Origin: Gemmiger sp.
GTDB taxonomy: Bacteria; Bacillota; Clostridia; Oscillospirales; Ruminococcaceae
DNA: 64,000 nt
Assembly (NCBI RefSeq): GCF_036306485.1
Contig: NZ_JAXJZK010000042.1
Location: 37,951-101,950 of the forward strand
Direction: 5' to 3'
A model generated the notes under the pieces. That model did not search any database, was not told the DNA's origin, and saw only the letters and a program-made list of their open reading frames with translations. The translations under genes and the position numbers were made by a program. Shown here one piece after another: positions 62,828 to 64,000 of the stretch. Every line of letters starts with the position of its first letter. Within the stretch, counting starts at the first letter, position 1.

Positions 62828-63292
62828 TTATTGCTCGGAACGGTACCGGAGATGGTCGGCGTCCAACCCGTCCAGAACCGCTTTCATTGCGCGGCACTCC
62901 ACACGGGCGGCAACGGGGTCCATCATCAGATAGTTGCCGCATTCGGTGGCCGAAGCACCGGGAATCGGACCGTCATAGTCCGCCATCCAGGCAAAGGATT
63001 CCTGTACCAGCGCGAGGGCCTGCGCATCGGTCAATCCGGTGGTCAGCAGGTAAAAGCCGGTCAGGCAGCCCATGGGGCCCACATAGACCACATGGGAACT
63101 CCACTGGCTGTTGCGCGCATAGGTGGCAAACAGATGCTCAATCGTATGAGCGCAGGCAGGGGAGAGATATACACCGCAGTTGGGCTTTTTCATCCGGATG
63201 TCCCAGGTCAGCACATCGCCGTCCTTGCGGGACAGATACATACCGGGCTCCAGCGTGGTATGGTCAACGCAGAAACTTGCAATACGTTCCAT
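62828..63292 (-). CDS. luxS: S-ribosylhomocysteine lyase
   Basis: Metal-binding motif HTIEH and GPMGCLTGFY. RBS AAGGAG. Confidence 0.92.
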   Translation of the reverse strand: MERIASFCVDHTTLEPGMYLSRKDGDVLTWDIRMKKPNCGVYLSPACAHTIEHLFATYARNSQWSSHVVYVGPMGCLTGFYLLTTGLTDAQALALVQESFAWMADYDGPIPGASATECGNYLMMDPVAARVECRAMKAVLDGLDADHLRYRSEQ

Positions 63293-63303
63293 GAAGGTAC
63301 TCC

Positions 63304-64000
63304 TTACTCGGACATTTCCTCCACGACACCGCGGGCGCAGTCCATCGAGACCATCATGCCGTCCTTCAGGGTGCGGATGGCGTTGGTGGCGCCGACGATG
63401 ACCGGCTTGCCCAGCGTCAGGCCGACAATGGCGGAATGGCTGTTCATGCCGGCTTCCTCGGTGATGATGCCGGCAGCCTGCTTCATATAGGGCAGCGCAT
63501 CATTGGTGGTGAAGGGAACGACCAGAATCTGGCCGGGCTTGAACTTTTTTGCGGCTTCGGCGGCGTTGCGGCAGACGCAGACCTCGCCCTTGGCATTGCT
63601 GCATGAACCGATTCCGACACCGGCCAGCAGAGAGTTGCCGACCATGTGAACCTTGATCATGTTGGTCGTGCCGGAAACGCCGACCGGAACACCGGCGGTC
63701 ACGACGACGCGGTCACCGTTGTGGATCAGACCGGCATTCTTGGCAACGTCCACGGACATGGAGATCAGCTCATCGGTGGAATGGGCATATTCCATCATCA
63801 GCGGGGTAACGCCGCGGTAGACGTTCAGCTGACGGCAGGTGCTCTCATCCAGCACGCAGGCGATGATCTGGGTGTCGGGGCGGAAGCGGCTGAGCAGACG
63901 GGCGGTCTCGCCGCTCTTGGAAGCGGTGATGATCGCGGTGGCACCAATGTCGGCAGCCGTCGTGCAGGCGGCATGGCTGACGGCGGCGCTGATCGTCAGA
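63304..64000 (-). CDS. pyk: Pyruvate kinase, C-terminal part including a PEP-utilizer mobile domain (5' end lies outside the window)
   Basis: The frame is open to the window edge (...ISAAVSHAACTTAADIGATAIITASKSGETARLLSRFRP...). The C-terminal extension contains TEEAGMNSHSAIVGLTLGKPVIVG, like Bacillus-type PK. Confidence 0.85.
   Translation of the reverse strand, partial: LTISAAVSHAACTTAADIGATAIITASKSGETARLLSRFRPDTQIIACVLDESTCRQLNVYRGVTPLMMEYAHSTDELISMSVDVAKNAGLIHNGDRVVVTAGVPVGVSGTTNMIKVHMVGNSLLAGVGIGSCSNAKGEVCVCRNAAEAAKKFKPGQILVVPFTTNDALPYMKQAAGIITEEAGMNSHSAIVGLTLGKPVIVGATNAIRTLKDGMMVSMDCARGVVEEMSE

Noticed and set aside
1-64000. Whole-window scan for CRISPR arrays, IS elements or transposases, integrases, prophage genes, toxin-antitoxin pairs, restriction-modification or other defence genes, and tRNA or rRNA genes
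   Set aside because: None were seen. Apart from the repeats inside the giant gene there are no direct-repeat arrays or terminal inverted repeats. Codon style appears uniform across the window. It looks like core chromosome, so I do not claim a novel defence or mobile system here.

Overview
The window looks like a GC-rich chromosomal core segment from a spore-forming member of the Clostridia. The taxon is my inference from gene content and codon style (third codon positions are mostly G/C). I support about 55 protein genes, one RNase P RNA, two riboswitches (FMN and SAM-I), and a set of sigma-70-type promoters and rho-independent terminators.

Gene order:
- **Conserved Firmicutes block:** rlmN' (partial), stp, prkC, rsgA, thiN.
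- **Sporulation locus:** a 22-codon spoVM-like micro-ORF absent from the ORF track, a DUF3794/LysM SipL-like gene, spoIVA, yaaL-like, bofA.
- **rnpB** on the minus strand.
- **Housekeeping run:** RluA-family pseudouridine synthase, M23/LysM/G5 peptidase, murA, MBL hydrolase, rlmH.
- **Minus strand:** an orphan [FeFe] hydrogenase and mtaB.
- **Plus strand:** D-Ala-D-Ala carboxypeptidase, pgi, a mini P-loop protein, yceD-rpmF, DUF512-der-plsY, CarD-like regulator, S58 peptidase.
- **Possible thiol operon:** glutamate-cysteine-ligase-like gene, DinB-like gene, lipoprotein.
- **Then:** mscS (minus), FMN riboswitch-ribU, SAM riboswitch-metK, DUF554 protein, a small kinase-like ATPase (minus), recD2-comFC-mreB-pcrA, thyX-tmk-GNAT, mltG, U32 peptidase.
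- **A 2,055-aa multidomain cell-surface enzyme.**
- **Sugar genes:** AraC regulator (minus), rhaBAD, then GH31 and MFS transporter (both minus).
- **End of window:** a small conserved protein, pta, then luxS and a partial pyk (both minus).

I found no CRISPR array, IS or transposase, integrase, tRNA, rRNA, or recognisable defence island.

Most interesting observations:
1. The spoVM-like micro-ORF, and the collapse of mother-cell spore-envelope genes (spoVM, sipL-like, spoIVA, yaaL, bofA) into one locus.
2. The giant surface protein, which fuses a phosphodiester-glycosidase module with a purple-acid-phosphatase-like module.
3. Divergent rnpB and rluA-family promoters that share one palindromic TTGCAA -35 hexamer.
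4. A possible low-molecular-weight thiol operon (gshA-like plus DinB-like).

The many very long antisense ORFs are codon-usage mirror artefacts.

All functional calls come from motif recognition by eye and from synteny. No database search was run.
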